A DNA stretch of 63,863 nucleotides, counting the filler, from Saprolegnia diclina VS20 (lineage: Eukaryota), in assembly GCF_000281045.1 (NCBI RefSeq). It is 8 parts of 5 records of this genome, joined end to end, with 100 filler letters (N's around TTAATTAATTAA, not from the genome) between each part and the next. Parts side by side here need not be neighbours in the genome. Positions count along the whole stretch, not along the records: positions 1 to 13,171 come from NW_008246117.1; 7 more parts are not named here. One strand, written 5' to 3'. The first letter of the stretch is position 1. Every line of letters starts with the position of its first letter. Under the pieces are notes generated by a model, which ran no database searches, was not told the origin of the DNA, and saw only the letters and a list, made by a program, of their open reading frames with translations. This document shows positions 1 through 11,183 of the stretch, in pieces. Made by a program: the position numbers and the translations under genes.

Positions 1-1609
1 AGAAAATGAAGTCCAACGTGGTAGCTTGCAGTTGGGAACCTTTTTGAGCGGTGCGGCTATTGCAGTGGTTATGGGTCCTTCGTTGGCCATCGCAAGAGGG
101 GGAGGATGACCGTATACCTGCTATGAAAACAGCACATTGATTGTGATCGTAAAAATCAGGCAAATCACATACTGTGTATCGTGTGGTCGCATTGCGCCGC
201 TAGCTTGCACCGCTCACATCACAGCAATAAGTATTGTCGATTCCAAGGCACAATTTACAAATGGATAGCGCAGGCAGGAGAGCAACATCGTTTTACCAGT
301 TGAGTATATACACTGCAGGGGCCATTGATGCAATGTTCTCAAGCTGCGGCAGGATCTTCAAGCCATTTGCCTTTCGTTCGGACCGGGCACTTGACCCGGA
401 ATTGGATCTGCCTGCCGGACACGTGGGTCCCATGCTCTACGTCGTCATGCCACAAGGGAGCGCTACTTCCTTCCCAATCCTCTGCTGTCAAAGCCAACTT
501 GAGGCACAAGACAGTTGCTCGATGATCATCCTGAAGAAGTGGGATTTCAACATTAGCCGATCTTGATCAGAGTTCGTGGTCACACATAGAACAAGTGACG
601 AATACCCCTTACCATGGGTATTGAATGACCCATGCCCTTACATGGTGGGACTATAACAAACGTGTACCTGTTAAATCGAAGAAAGAGAAAAGAAGAAGAA
701 GGAAGTTCAATGTGACGTAGCAGTGTTGAGCAAGCGGTACTCTGCGCGCGGCAATTGTGCATGGCGGGAACTCATGGCGGGTGCTCCTTGAAACATGTCT
801 TTCCTGGTTTTCATGCTGCTTTTTGTATGCCCCTGTGGTACCTAATCTCTAAACTAATTACTACCAATGAACGAGCGTAAAAGCCTTGTAGCCAATGCGT
901 GTGTTCACTGCACGAACGCAACACCCGCACTGGTCAGTTTGGCCCGCTCTGGTTTTTTACCAATTAGAATCGTTGGCGGCGAGTCCAGAGTGCTGGGCAT
1001 TGAACTCGAGCGTTTACTCGCGGAGATCATCAACCCAGCAATATGTGCTTACACAATGATGCTGCTACCTTTCGTCGATAGTAATGCCCTGTGTGCGACC
1101 CGATATGGCGGCTCGTAGAGTCTCCAGTTATCACTACCCTACAGGAGCTCATAGATCACGACGAACTTCTTGAGCATCATGTACTGCCTAGTGTGCGCAT
1201 TGCTCATGAGGATCGCGAGACCGTAGCTCGCGTTGATGCGTGTGGCAAGGCTGGCAGCTACCCGTGGAATCGATCGAAGCATCGACCGCTGAAGAAGAAC
1301 GATCGATGGACTGTCCGTCAAGCCCTATTGGGTCGCGGCTTTCACTGAGCGGCAGTAAAGTAAGCTCACTCGCGCTCTATGTCGCCAAGCGCCAGTGTGC
1401 AGAGGCGCCAAAACGCTTGCGCGAAGACCGCCAGGGCCAGGAAGCCAATCAACCACCACTATCCACAACTCTTCCGGCCATCCAAGTTCCACCCCAACTT
1501 TGCAATGCGATAGCGTGCGGCTAAGTACGTCAGTCAGCAACAACAAGAGGCGATCAAAACAGCGCAAAAATGGTGTCATTAGGCATGATACAAGATGCTA
1601 TCGAATCGC

Positions 1610-2947
1610 TTAGTTGGAGAGCTTGCGGACGACGAGGTACATGAACGGGAACGAGATGGCCATGAGCGCCCAGTTGATGATGAGCTGCGTCATGTACGAC
1701 ACTTCGAGCACGTCGATACGCCACGAGATCGCACCACCCGCGCTCTGGAACGCCTTGTACAAACCCACAAAGCGCGCGAGGTCCATCGGGTCGTTGGACA
1801 TGGCGCCAATGACCCAGTAGACGTAGTTCTGGTAGACGGCGTCGACCAACCCGTAGAGCAAGAAAACAATCATGGGAAAGGCGGCGCGGCTGCTCTCGGT
1901 AAAGTCAATGTTCTGCTTCGGGTCGTCGCGAGTAAAATCCTTCTGGACGATGACACCGAGGATCCACGCGAGGAAGGTGAGACCCGTGGCGATCGCGAGA
2001 CCGACCTTGCCGCGCGTCGCACGCGAGACGGACTCCTTGTCCATGACGTAGTTGCCAAAGACGAAGGCACCGACCATCTGCATGCCCCAGTACAAGACAC
2101 CGTTGAAACCGCGCGTGCGGAGCGAAAACATGTGCGCGTTCACCGCGTTGAACTGGTAGCCGTAGAAAAAGTTGGACGCAAACGAGGCGGGGATGAGGCA
2201 GAGCATGCGCCAGTCGAAAATGGCTTCGTACAAGCACTTGATCTCGTCCTTGACGGACGCCGACTTGGGGTAGTCGACCTGCGTGTTGTCCGAGCGGATG
2301 ATCGAATCGGGCTTCTTCATGAAGAGCGACATGGAGGCACCGCACACCATCAAGACGAGGAAGACAATGTACGTGGCGTCCGAGACATTGCCAGCCTCCG
2401 AGTTGAAGTTGAGAATGAACGGCACGAGCGCACCAATGACACCGCCGAGGTTGAAGATGACCCAGCAGGTGGAGATGTATTTGCCCTTCTCGTTCTCGGT
2501 CGGGTACGAGAGCACGACAGCGCCCTGGGCCGTCCAGAGGAGGCCGGCGCCGACGCCGAGGATACCGCCAGCGACAATCACAAACGTGCCGTTCTGCGTG
2601 TGGTTGTAGTTGAGGAGCGAGGCAATGTAGAGCACGTACGGGAGACCGCCGATGAAGAGCGTAAGACGAGGACCGAGGACGTTGTGGATCGAACCGGCGA
2701 CGATCGAGAAGGACGCGAACGTCGCGTAGAGAGCGACGTTGGCGTTAGAGCCGGCGGTCGCGTCGACTTGGCCAGCGGCGCCCATGCCGTTGATGGCGTT
2801 GAACATACCGGGGCAGCCAAAGAGGACGAGACCGAGGAGACAAATCTGGACGAACGAGTTGGGCTTGCCGTGAACCTTTTTGCCGGCGTCTTCGAGGTCG
2901 GCGTGGCCGACGGGGGTGCTTACTTCGGCGTACTTTTCGGTGCTCAT
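1610..2947 (-). CDS. UNC-93-like MFS transporter, NOPE1/Ngt1-type putative GlcNAc transporter (copy 1)
   Basis: 445-aa intronless ORF with about 12 hydrophobic segments. It carries the motifs Q..L.GLV.FGCPGMFNAI.G.G..GQ, N.LGPRLTL, GAGLLWTAQGA...SYP....KG.YI...W.IFNLGGVIG and PASFASNFFY.YQFN, as in plant NOPE1/UNC93-like and fungal Ngt1 proteins. INR+FPR lies just upstream. Confidence 0.9.
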   Translation of the reverse strand: MSTEKYAEVSTPVGHADLEDAGKKVHGKPNSFVQICLLGLVLFGCPGMFNAINGMGAAGQVDATAGSNANVALYATFASFSIVAGSIHNVLGPRLTLFIGGLPYVLYIASLLNYNHTQNGTFVIVAGGILGVGAGLLWTAQGAVVLSYPTENEKGKYISTCWVIFNLGGVIGALVPFILNFNSEAGNVSDATYIVFLVLMVCGASMSLFMKKPDSIIRSDNTQVDYPKSASVKDEIKCLYEAIFDWRMLCLIPASFASNFFYGYQFNAVNAHMFSLRTRGFNGVLYWGMQMVGAFVFGNYVMDKESVSRATRGKVGLAIATGLTFLAWILGVIVQKDFTRDDPKQNIDFTESSRAAFPMIVFLLYGLVDAVYQNYVYWVIGAMSNDPMDLARFVGLYKAFQSAGGAISWRIDVLEVSYMTQLIINWALMAISFPFMYLVVRKLSN

Positions 2948-2960
2948 TGTGCAAGCAAAA

Positions 2961-2976
2961 GCAAATTCGAGAATGG
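2961..2976 (-). promoter_or_regulatory. Oomycete INR+FPR core promoter of transporter copy 1
   Basis: Minus strand reads CCATTCT-CG-AATTTGC, matching YCAYTYY-NN-MWTTTNC, 14 nt upstream of the ATG. Confidence 0.75.
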
Positions 2977-5323
2977 TTCAAGACGATGGTGCTGTAGTCG
3001 CTTGTGGGTGCGGAGCATTGAAGTTTGCAAGTTCAAGGTCCGTCGCGGTTCTATTTGGCGGGCCATCATAAGTCCACTGTACTTTCTTGAAGCCCAACCA
3101 TAATTCTTGATGCCTGTTTCATGCTGTGACCAGACGCCACGCGAAAGCTACTCGTGTACTAGACAATCTGTGGGGCGAAATCGTCTGTCAGGCAGCGTGA
3201 AGAATACCGTCCAACTGATAGCTACCACTCTGCATACGAGTAGAGACTGGAATAGAGAGGATACGAGATAGCCGGCGCTGTAAAACCTCATTTTTGCGAG
3301 TTTCCCTCGATCAGCGACCAGCGCGCTTGAAGTATCTATTGTGCAATGTCGACGGCTTACAATTTGGCGCCAAAATCCGGTGCAGACCAGGACACCCAAG
3401 CCGTGGGTGGGCGAGCGATGACTTCAATAGCTTCAATGTGTGTGTTGTAGCATACGGTGGCGTCCGCAGATCGTAGTTAGAGTGGTATGATGTCAAAATC
3501 GTGTCTCTTCCGAACGTGGGATAATGTCGAGGCCTCTTCTTCTTCGTCCTGTTCGCTTGGACGCTCGTCCGCGCCCTTCGCAGGCAAGAAACCAGGTGGT
3601 GGGATATATGGGGCAAACTGATCATTGTGGTTTTTCCCAGGTCAACGCGTCAAGGGCCTCTGCCATTCAAACCTTGGCGGGGATGTAAAGCTCACCACTT
3701 GAATTATTCCCTGCGCTGTGATCGACGATGGTAGTGCTTCGTTATAGCGTCGTGTGTTGCCGACGATCACGAAACGAGCCTGCTTCTTCATCGACGAATG
3801 CAGTGTAAGACTATCTTCATTATAGTGTCAAAAGTCGTTCTAGTTGTGGTCAGGACGTCGTCCGAGTGCTGTGGTTTCAATACCGCAACCTATCCAATAC
3901 TGCACCGCGGCCTCCAGTCGCTGACGCCACCTCAGTCGCTGGCGTCTTCCGAGGACCTTGACAAACTGCGTAGCTATGCCGCCGACTGCGACGCCTGGAA
4001 AGATTTGACCGACCGTGTCGTCACGGGCCTCACCCGCGGCCACAAGCGTCGTAGGGCGACGACAGAAGAGCCAGACGAGCCCCCGCGCCGCCGCCTGCGC
4101 AGCCACGGACCGGCGAGCGAATGAAGAAGAAGGAGATTGCTAGTCTCTACGTATGCGAAGTCTTTGTGTAATTATGAAGATAACGCGAAACACGTTCATA
4201 TATATATATATCCAATACTGTAGTGTGACTGCTTACTGCAGCGCGCTCACTGGAACTGTCCGACGTTGAATAACGATATATAGATCTTGAGGAGACGCGC
4301 TCAAGGTCCCTCTTGGATTGTTCGTCCTTGTTCCACGTGGCCCTCGGTTTCCCCAAGTATCCGTGATGTTATCACGAGATCTCGCTCCGTCAATTTATTT
4401 CGGGCCGCCTACGAAGGGCTGTTTACCTCACAAATTCGGCACGCCAGAAGCGATGGGATAGCCTTTCTGTCATCGATCTCCAGCGCGGCGCCGAGCCTGG
4501 TCGGAATGACAGGTTTGTCCCGCCTTTTGCCCAACCAGATGTTTTTGGCAAACTTCAACATCGAGCGGGACCACATTGAAGTTCAAGGAGCGGATCGTCG
4601 TGACGTCGCCGTGTGGATCTTTGGCAGTGCAAGGCAAGGCCACCCAAGTGGTGACGACGGGCGAGTGGGGTATGATGATGATGATGACGGTGATGTGGCT
4701 GCCTTGGACGATCGCGTGATGTCGCAGCCACTACTCGAGTCGAGTCGAGTCGGCGATGACACCTGCAGCCTCTGTCTGTTTTATGCAATGGTTAGGAGCC
4801 GACACGAGCCTGTCGCGCGCTGCTTGTGCGGCATCTTTACCAAATCAACCGAGGTCCGACCCCAGCACTGCCTCACCGCCATGCAGCCACGAAAAGGGAC
4901 TGCCGCCCAGAACGATCACCTCGTTTCTGTCGCGGATCATCGACGCACCTGCGTGCCGTCCAGCAAAGAAAGAACCTCTCGGGTGGCATTATGATGCATG
5001 TATGCAACAAAACTTGCACACATTAAGGTTCCGATTCATGCAGCAGCTACGATGCGTCATATCGCAACGCATGTAGTAGCGACCGAGTAGCCAAAGCCCC
5101 GGAATCGACACTAGTAGCACTATAGTATCCATGGCTATTGTGCACAGGTGAGATGAAAGACCGAGATTCTCTCTCTCGAGTCGGCAAAGCAAATAATAGA
5201 TGCTTCGATAGCTGCCTCGGGCCAGCTCGGCACCGGTACAGTAGTGTCGGTAGAGCTGTGAAGTAGAGGAAAGAGAAGAACGATTGAAAGAAGGGACTTT
5301 AGCATACACACAACACGTTGGAG

Positions 5324-5685
5324 CTAATCGCGCGGCGAGTAGACGTCCTGAATACAGAGCGAGTTGCGCTCTTGGATAAGGTACTCGACGACTTCGTGGT
5401 GGCCGTTCTCAGTCGCGGCCTTCATCGCATACGCCGTACAGCCCTCGGTGCGATGCGCATGGAGGAACTGGACGATCTCCAAATGGCCGTTGCCGGCCGC
5501 GAGATCCATCGCGTTGGTTGTACAGCCTTCCGTCCGATTCAAATGCAAAAACTTGACGACCGCCAAGTGCCCATTGGCAGCCGCGATGTCCATGGCGTGG
5601 GCGGTGCACGAGACGCTGCCCTTGGCGTGGAGCTGCGTGAGCAAGTGCAGCTGCCCGGCGCTCGCTGCCTTGTCCATCGCGCGGT
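5324..5685 (-). other. About 4 ankyrin repeats (oomycete-type) at the NagA C-terminus
   Basis: AMDKAASAGQLHLLTQLH / CTAHAMDIAAANGHLAVVKFLH / CTTNAMDLAAGNGHLEIVQFLH / CTAYAMKAATENGHHEVVEYL. Confidence 0.9.
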
Positions 5686-7012
5686 CGTCGTCCAAGTCGT
5701 AGTGCGTCATGAGCGGTCCGTGCTCGTCGTCGTCGTGGACGAGGTACTGGACTTGGGGCGTATCGCCGCGGTCGTAGACGAGGGTACCAGCAATGTACGT
5801 CTGGAGCACCTCGAGGTCGTCGTTCAAGAGCACAAAGTCGGCGTCGGCGCCGAACTCGAGCGTGCCTTTGGTCGGTGCCAAGCCCAGGGCCACCGCCGGG
5901 TGCAGCGTCGCCGCCTCCAGCGCGTACTCGATCGAGCAGTTGGTGTACTTGCGCAGTGTGCGGATGCACGAGTCCATTTGCACGACGCTGCCGGCAATCG
6001 TTGTCGTGTTGTGGAGGTATGCGCGGCCGTCCTTGACGTCGACAGCGAGGCCCGCAAGCTCGTAGTTGCCGTCCGGGAGGCCCATGCCGGCCATGCAGTC
6101 GGTCACAAGGACGAGACCCGACGGGTGGCTCGCCTGCGCAATGCGGCACGAGGTCGGGTGCGAGTGAATCCCATCGAGGATCAAGCCATAGTACGGCCGA
6201 GCGGTCGTCGCGCCCAGAAGGCCGACGAGACCCGGATCGCGGTGGTGGAAGGAGGCCATCGCGTTAAACAAGTGCCTACCGAGCGTGTAAAACAAAGGAT
6301 AATGGCAAGAAGAAACGTACGTGAGCATGGTGATACCAGCGTCCATCCCGAGCTTGGCTTGCTGAACGTTGGCCGACGAGTGGCCGGCCGAGACGACGAT
6401 ACCGCGCTGCGAGAGCTCCGAGATGGCCGACAGCGCGCCCTTGAGCTCGGGGGCCAGCGTGACAATCGCGACGGTCTCGCGCGTCAGCGGCCCGTAGCGC
6501 GCTTCGAGCGACTTGAGCCCTTCTTCCGGCTCGACAAAAACCTCTTCCTTATGGGCGCCCTTGCGCTCGCGGTTGATGAACGGGCCTTCGAGGTGCAGCC
6601 CAATCATGTTGGCGCCACCGACGATATGGCCGTCATCCGTGCGAGCAAACTTGGGGAGGACATCGGCGTACGTCTCGGCCGACGATGAAATGACGGTCGG
6701 GCAAAAGGCCGTGACGCCGGTCGCCAGGAGGCGCTGGCGCACCTCGAGGATGTTCTCGGGCGTACACTGCACGTCGGTAAAGTCGTGCCCGTACGCGCCA
6801 TTGAGCTGGACGTCGAGAAAGCCGGGGGCGACAATGAAGCCACGGCCGTCGACGACGCGCGTCGGGCCGTACTCGGCGGCGGTCTGCGCGCGCCAGAAGC
6901 GCGCTTGCGGGTCCATGATCTTGCCGTTCTCGACCCAGAGGAAGGTGGGCACAAGCTTCCCGCCGCGGAGGACGCGGACGTTCTCGATCTTGAGCGTCGT
7001 GTCGGTGAGCAT
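5324..7012 (-). CDS. nagA: N-acetylglucosamine-6-phosphate deacetylase (AMDHD2/DAC1-type) with C-terminal ankyrin repeats; one intron at 6276-6320
   Basis: Motifs PGFLDVQLNG, GVTAFCPT, GLHLEGPF..KGAH, VTLAPEL, SAGHS, T|HLFNAM..FHHRDPG, DGIH and LVTD. Removing a 45-bp GT..AG intron restores THLFNAM. Likely start is MLTDTT at 7012, downstream of an INR at 7048-7054. The frame continues without a stop into AMD.AA.NGHL repeats. Confidence 0.93.
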   Translation of the reverse strand: MLTDTTLKIENVRVLRGGKLVPTFLWVENGKIMDPQARFWRAQTAAEYGPTRVVDGRGFIVAPGFLDVQLNGAYGHDFTDVQCTPENILEVRQRLLATGVTAFCPTVISSSAETYADVLPKFARTDDGHIVGGANMIGLHLEGPFINRERKGAHKEEVFVEPEEGLKSLEARYGPLTRETVAIVTLAPELKGALSAISELSQRGIVVSAGHSSANVQQAKLGMDAGITMLTYVSSCHYPLFYTLGRHLFNAMASFHHRDPGLVGLLGATTARPYYGLILDGIHSHPTSCRIAQASHPSGLVLVTDCMAGMGLPDGNYELAGLAVDVKDGRAYLHNTTTIAGSVVQMDSCIRTLRKYTNCSIEYALEAATLHPAVALGLAPTKGTLEFGADADFVLLNDDLEVLQTYIAGTLVYDRGDTPQVQYLVHDDDEHGPLMTHYDLDDDRAMDKAASAGQLHLLTQLHAKGSVSCTAHAMDIAAANGHLAVVKFLHLNRTEGCTTNAMDLAAGNGHLEIVQFLHAHRTEGCTAYAMKAATENGHHEVVEYLIQERNSLCIQDVYSPRD

Positions 7013-7624
7013 GTTGCTGAGGTTGGAGCTGGGATTGCGCGCTCGCAGAAATGAGGCCAAGTGAGCGGCCGGCGAAATTCGTGCGCCAGCTGGTTTTGCC
7101 ACGTCAAGCCAAAATAGCTCGGAAAAAACGCCACGAACCATCGGCTTGCCAGAAGATTCCAAAGCGCACAAGGCACGTTGAAGTGGCCCCTGCGACGCGG
7201 GCGCGAGGCACGGACAGGCCGGGTGGACGGAGGCCGCCCGATCCTCCCACCGCCGACGCAGCCAAGACGAATGCAAAAATCGCCCAACAAGCCCACCGCG
7301 TGGCGCACAGCACGGCGTCAACCTCGACCCAGAAAGACCCACGTCGACGATGGCGGCGGCGAGGTAAGGGGCCTCGACGTACAGTAATCGAGGCCGCGCT
7401 TGCAAAGGGCCCGGGGATGATTCCTTGTGCTGAGTCCGACCACGTGGCAGCGCCACATTGCCGTTTGTATGGGCGCCGCATCTGGACGGGATTCCGGATC
7501 CGGATACCCTGCGTCATCGTCGCACACCGCGTGGGCATCCCACTCTGGCCGCGGCCGCCGGCGCGGGCCACCTGGTCGAAGCCGTCGATGTCTCACGGAC
7601 GGTGCTTGTGGCGGATGGTCACAC

Positions 7625-7640
7625 TCATTTCCACTTTTGC
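7625..7640 (+). promoter_or_regulatory. Oomycete INR+FPR core promoter of nagB
   Basis: TCATTTC-CA-CTTTTGC, 15 nt upstream of ATG 7655. Confidence 0.75.
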
Positions 7641-7654
7641 ACCAACTCGACAAT

Positions 7655-8467
7655 ATGCGCCTCATCATCCAGAAGAACGCCGCCGAGGTCGGCGACTGGG
7701 TCGCCAGCTACGTGCGCCAGCGCATCAACGCGTTCGCGCCGACGGCCGAGCGTCCATTTGTCATCGGCCTCCCGACTGGGTCGTCGCCGCTCACGACGTA
7801 CAAGAAGCTCGTCCAGTACCACAAGGAAGGCAAGCTCAGCTTTGAGCACGTCGTGACCTTCAACATGGACGAGTACGTCGGGTTGCCCGAGGACCACCCC
7901 GAGTCGTACCACACGTTCATGTGGACCAACCTCTTCCAGCACATTGACATCAAGCGCGAGAACGTCCATATTCTCAACGGCAACGCGCCCGACCTCGAGC
8001 AAGAATGTCTTGCGTACGAAGCCAAGATCGCGTCGTTTGGCGGCATCGAGCTCTTCCTCGGCGGCATCGGCCCCGATGGGCACATTGCGTTCAACGAACC
8101 GGGCTCGTCGCTCGTGTCCCGGACGCGCGTCAAGACGCTCGCGTACGACACGATCGTCGCCAACTCGCGCTTCTTTGGCGGCGACATCAACACCGTGCCC
8201 AAGATGGCGCTGACCGTCGGCGTCGGCACCGTCATGGACGCCCGCGAGGTGCTCGTGCTTATCACGGGCCACTCCAAGGCCTACGCGCTCTACAAGGTCA
8301 TCGAAGAGGGCGTCAACCACATGTGGACCGTCTCGGCCATCCAGACGCACAACAAGTCGGTCATTGTCTGCGACGAAGACGCGACGAACGAGCTCAAGGT
8401 CAAGACCGTCAAGTACTTCAAGGGCCTCCACGAGACGCACGAGCGCATGATCAAGGACCACCCGTAA
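7655..8467 (+). CDS. nagB: Glucosamine-6-phosphate deaminase (GNPDA/NAG1)
   Basis: 270 aa starting MRLII. Motifs [71 protein letters not shown] and [12 protein letters not shown]. Confidence 0.96.
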   Translation: MRLIIQKNAAEVGDWVASYVRQRINAFAPTAERPFVIGLPTGSSPLTTYKKLVQYHKEGKLSFEHVVTFNMDEYVGLPEDHPESYHTFMWTNLFQHIDIKRENVHILNGNAPDLEQECLAYEAKIASFGGIELFLGGIGPDGHIAFNEPGSSLVSRTRVKTLAYDTIVANSRFFGGDINTVPKMALTVGVGTVMDAREVLVLITGHSKAYALYKVIEEGVNHMWTVSAIQTHNKSVIVCDEDATNELKVKTVKYFKGLHETHERMIKDHP

Positions 8468-9824
8468 TCTGTCCGACTGTACTTTAACACTACCCATCTC
8501 GCTGCGATCATTTTTTCTACCCTACAATTCTACACCAGTTTGCCTTTTTATTCGCGTCATGACGTGGCAGCCGCAGACGCCACATGCGGTACCCACGCGT
8601 CGTTCTTCAACAGGATGGTGGTGGTACCATGATGCTGAACAGATGGAAGTGACCGAAAAGAGTCGAGAATTTGTGGCGTAATGCTTGTGTCGAGACAATC
8701 CGAGCATCGGCAAGGTATTCATATTTTGTCGGCTAGAGCACCGCTATTCGTGTACCTCACCACTCATCTACTCGGAGACGCTGGCAATGGATCGAATTGA
8801 CCCACATCAGAGCACAGGCTGGGGGTCAAGGGTATTCGATTGCACACAATACCTTGCAATGGTACATGCCCACGTAAGGCACTTTGCAGCAACATACACC
8901 TCGTTATGATGAATGGTACATGCCCACGTCTATCCTGTTCGCGAGCGGCCATACATGTAGTAGAATGAAGCTCTTCTAAGGGAGGCCCGTTGGACTGCCA
9001 CTGGGCTGGCTGCGTGGAGCTAGCATGCTATGACACTAGCCTCGTACAGAGAAGCGTCTCCGTCAACCAGTCTCGGGACTGGTCGCTCTCGCTGAAATCC
9101 ATGTCGCGCAAGACGAAGCGCTGCGTTGGCGTGGTGGGATGGTTGCATGTCTGACGGCGCCGCCTTGTAGCTGTCGCGTGGTGGCCATCCGCGGATGCAA
9201 ATACTTCTTCCTATCTGAACAGCATAAAACTTTTTGAAGCTTCTAGATACTCGGGGATACCCCGCGACTTTCTTGTTGTAGAGGTAAATCAGTCAAGCGC
9301 CCCTCAACAAATGCTGTGCCAAGACACCTCGCCTGCGTTCACGTGGAATAGGGTTGCCGCTAGGGATCATGTCGAAACCAGTGGACAAAAGCTATAGGAG
9401 AGCGTGTGTCGGAGACATCACGGCCGCTAGGATATGTACACGCATTGCGTGTGGCTCTACTGTGGGTAGCTCTTCTGGTGGCTCCTCTGGTACAGTCAAG
9501 TGGGGACGCGATAGATGGACCCACCAACAGTCAACCTCCAACTCTTCCAATCTTATGGACGCACCCGCAACGCAAAATTGCCTGACCAATCGCTCAGGAT
9601 CAGAAAATATAGAGAATGAGAATCCCCAAGTCGCGTACAGGCGCGATAGAGTGGGATGGCGACGCCGCGATCGTCTCCGCGAAGCGCTTGATAACCATAC
9701 AACTCGACTCGACAACTGCATCAACTGACCACGGCGCCTGGTTCTGAGATCTGAGCGCACCCCATTCAACAAAAGACGCCGCTTCAACACTGCCGACACT
9801 GCATTTGCTCATGCGTCGAATTCC

Positions 9825-9840
9825 TCACTTCTCAATTTCC
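9825..9840 (+). promoter_or_regulatory. Oomycete INR+FPR core promoter of transporter copy 2
   Basis: TCACTTC-TC-AATTTCC, 15 nt upstream of ATG 9855. Confidence 0.75.
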
Positions 9841-9854
9841 AGCGCCTGCCCCCG

Positions 9855-11183
9855 ATGGCCGACAAGGTTGCGTCCCCCGCTGCAGACTATGCCCTTGAAG
9901 AAGGCAGCAAGAAGGTTGCCGGCAAGACCAACGCATACATCCAGGTGTGCCTCCTCGGTCTTGTCCTCTTTGGCTGCCCCGGCATGTTCAACGCCATCAA
10001 CGGTCTCGGTGCGGGCGGTCAAGTCGACGCGACCGCCGGCTCCAACGCCAACGTCGCTCTTTACGCGACGTTCGCGTCCTTCTCGATCGTCGCCGGTTCG
10101 GTCCACAACGTCCTCGGCCCCCGCCTCACGCTCTTCCTCGGCGGTCTCCCGTACGCCTTGTACGTCGCTTCGTTCCTCAACTACAACCACACGCAGAACG
10201 GCACGTTTGTGATTGTCGCCGGCGGTATCCTCGGCATCGGCGCCGGCCTCCTCTGGACGGCCCAAGGCGCCATCGTGCTCTCCTATGCGACCGAGAACGA
10301 GAAGGGCAAGTACATCTCGATCTGCTGGGTCATCTTCAACCTCGGCGCGGTCATTGGTGCGCTCGTGCCGTTCATTCTCAACTACAATGCCGACTCGAGC
10401 TCGGCCGTCTCGGACGCCACGTACATTGTCTTCCTCATCTTGATGGTGTGCGGCGCCGCTATGGCCCTCTTCCTCAAGAAGCCCGATTCGATTATCCGCT
10501 CGGACAACACGCAGGTCGACTACCCCAAGTCGGCGTCCGTCAAGGACGAGATCAAGTGCTTGTACGAAGCCATTTTCGACTGGCGCATGCTCTGCCTCAT
10601 CCCCGCCTCGTTTGCGTCCAACTTTTTCTACGGCTACCAGTTCAACGCGGTGAACGCGCACATGTTTTCGCTCCGGACGCGCGGTCTCAACGGTGTCTTG
10701 TACTGGGGCATGCAGATGGTCGGCGCTTTTATCTTTGGCAACTACGTCATGGACAAGGAGTCCGTCTCGCGTGCGACGCGCGGCAAGGTCGGTCTCGCGA
10801 TCGCCACGGGTCTCACCTTCCTCGCGTGGATCCTCGGTGTCATCGTCCAAAAGGACTACACGCGCGACGACCCGAAGCAGAACATTGACTTTACCGAGAG
10901 CAGCCGCGCCGCCTTCCCCATGATCGTCTACATGCTCTACGGGTTGGTCGACGCCGTCTACCAGAACTACGTCTACTGGGTCATTGGCGCCATGTCCAAC
11001 GAACCGATGGACCTCGCGCGCTTTGTGGGCTTGTACAAGGCGTTCCAGAGCGCGGGCGGTGCGATCTCGTGGCGTATCGACGTGCTCGAAGTGTCGTACA
11101 TGACGCAGCTCATCATCAACTGGGCGCTCATGGCCATCTCGTTCCCGTTCATGTACCTCGTCGTCCGCAAGCTCTCCAACTAA
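9855..11183 (+). CDS. UNC-93-like MFS transporter, NOPE1/Ngt1-type (copy 2)
   Basis: 442-aa ORF, a close paralog of 1610-2947; the 3' half is nearly identical at DNA level. Confidence 0.9.
   Translation: MADKVASPAADYALEEGSKKVAGKTNAYIQVCLLGLVLFGCPGMFNAINGLGAGGQVDATAGSNANVALYATFASFSIVAGSVHNVLGPRLTLFLGGLPYALYVASFLNYNHTQNGTFVIVAGGILGIGAGLLWTAQGAIVLSYATENEKGKYISICWVIFNLGAVIGALVPFILNYNADSSSAVSDATYIVFLILMVCGAAMALFLKKPDSIIRSDNTQVDYPKSASVKDEIKCLYEAIFDWRMLCLIPASFASNFFYGYQFNAVNAHMFSLRTRGLNGVLYWGMQMVGAFIFGNYVMDKESVSRATRGKVGLAIATGLTFLAWILGVIVQKDYTRDDPKQNIDFTESSRAAFPMIVYMLYGLVDAVYQNYVYWVIGAMSNEPMDLARFVGLYKAFQSAGGAISWRIDVLEVSYMTQLIINWALMAISFPFMYLVVRKLSN

Noticed and set aside
860..1350. Possible SWIM/MULE remnant (LCKHIL on the minus strand)
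   Set aside because: Only a short motif amid stop codons; insufficient support.
1595..3103. Long antisense ORFs (1595-3103, 5318-6688, 9825-10850, 36906-38159, 48462-49832 and others)
   Set aside because: They are shadows of GC3-rich real genes on the opposite strand and have no recognisable motifs.
3798..4994. ORFs between transporter 1 and nagA as a cluster regulator or kinase
   Set aside because: They have no recognisable domain and atypical codon usage; probably decayed sequence.
6276..6320. 15-aa insertion in the NagA active-site motif
   Set aside because: It is an in-frame 45-bp GT-AG intron; splicing restores THLFNAM.
7013..7654. N-terminal extensions of nagA (to 7456) and nagB (from 7427), implying overlapping genes
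   Set aside because: They use non-ATG starts, lie upstream of the INR elements, and homology begins at 7012 and 7655.
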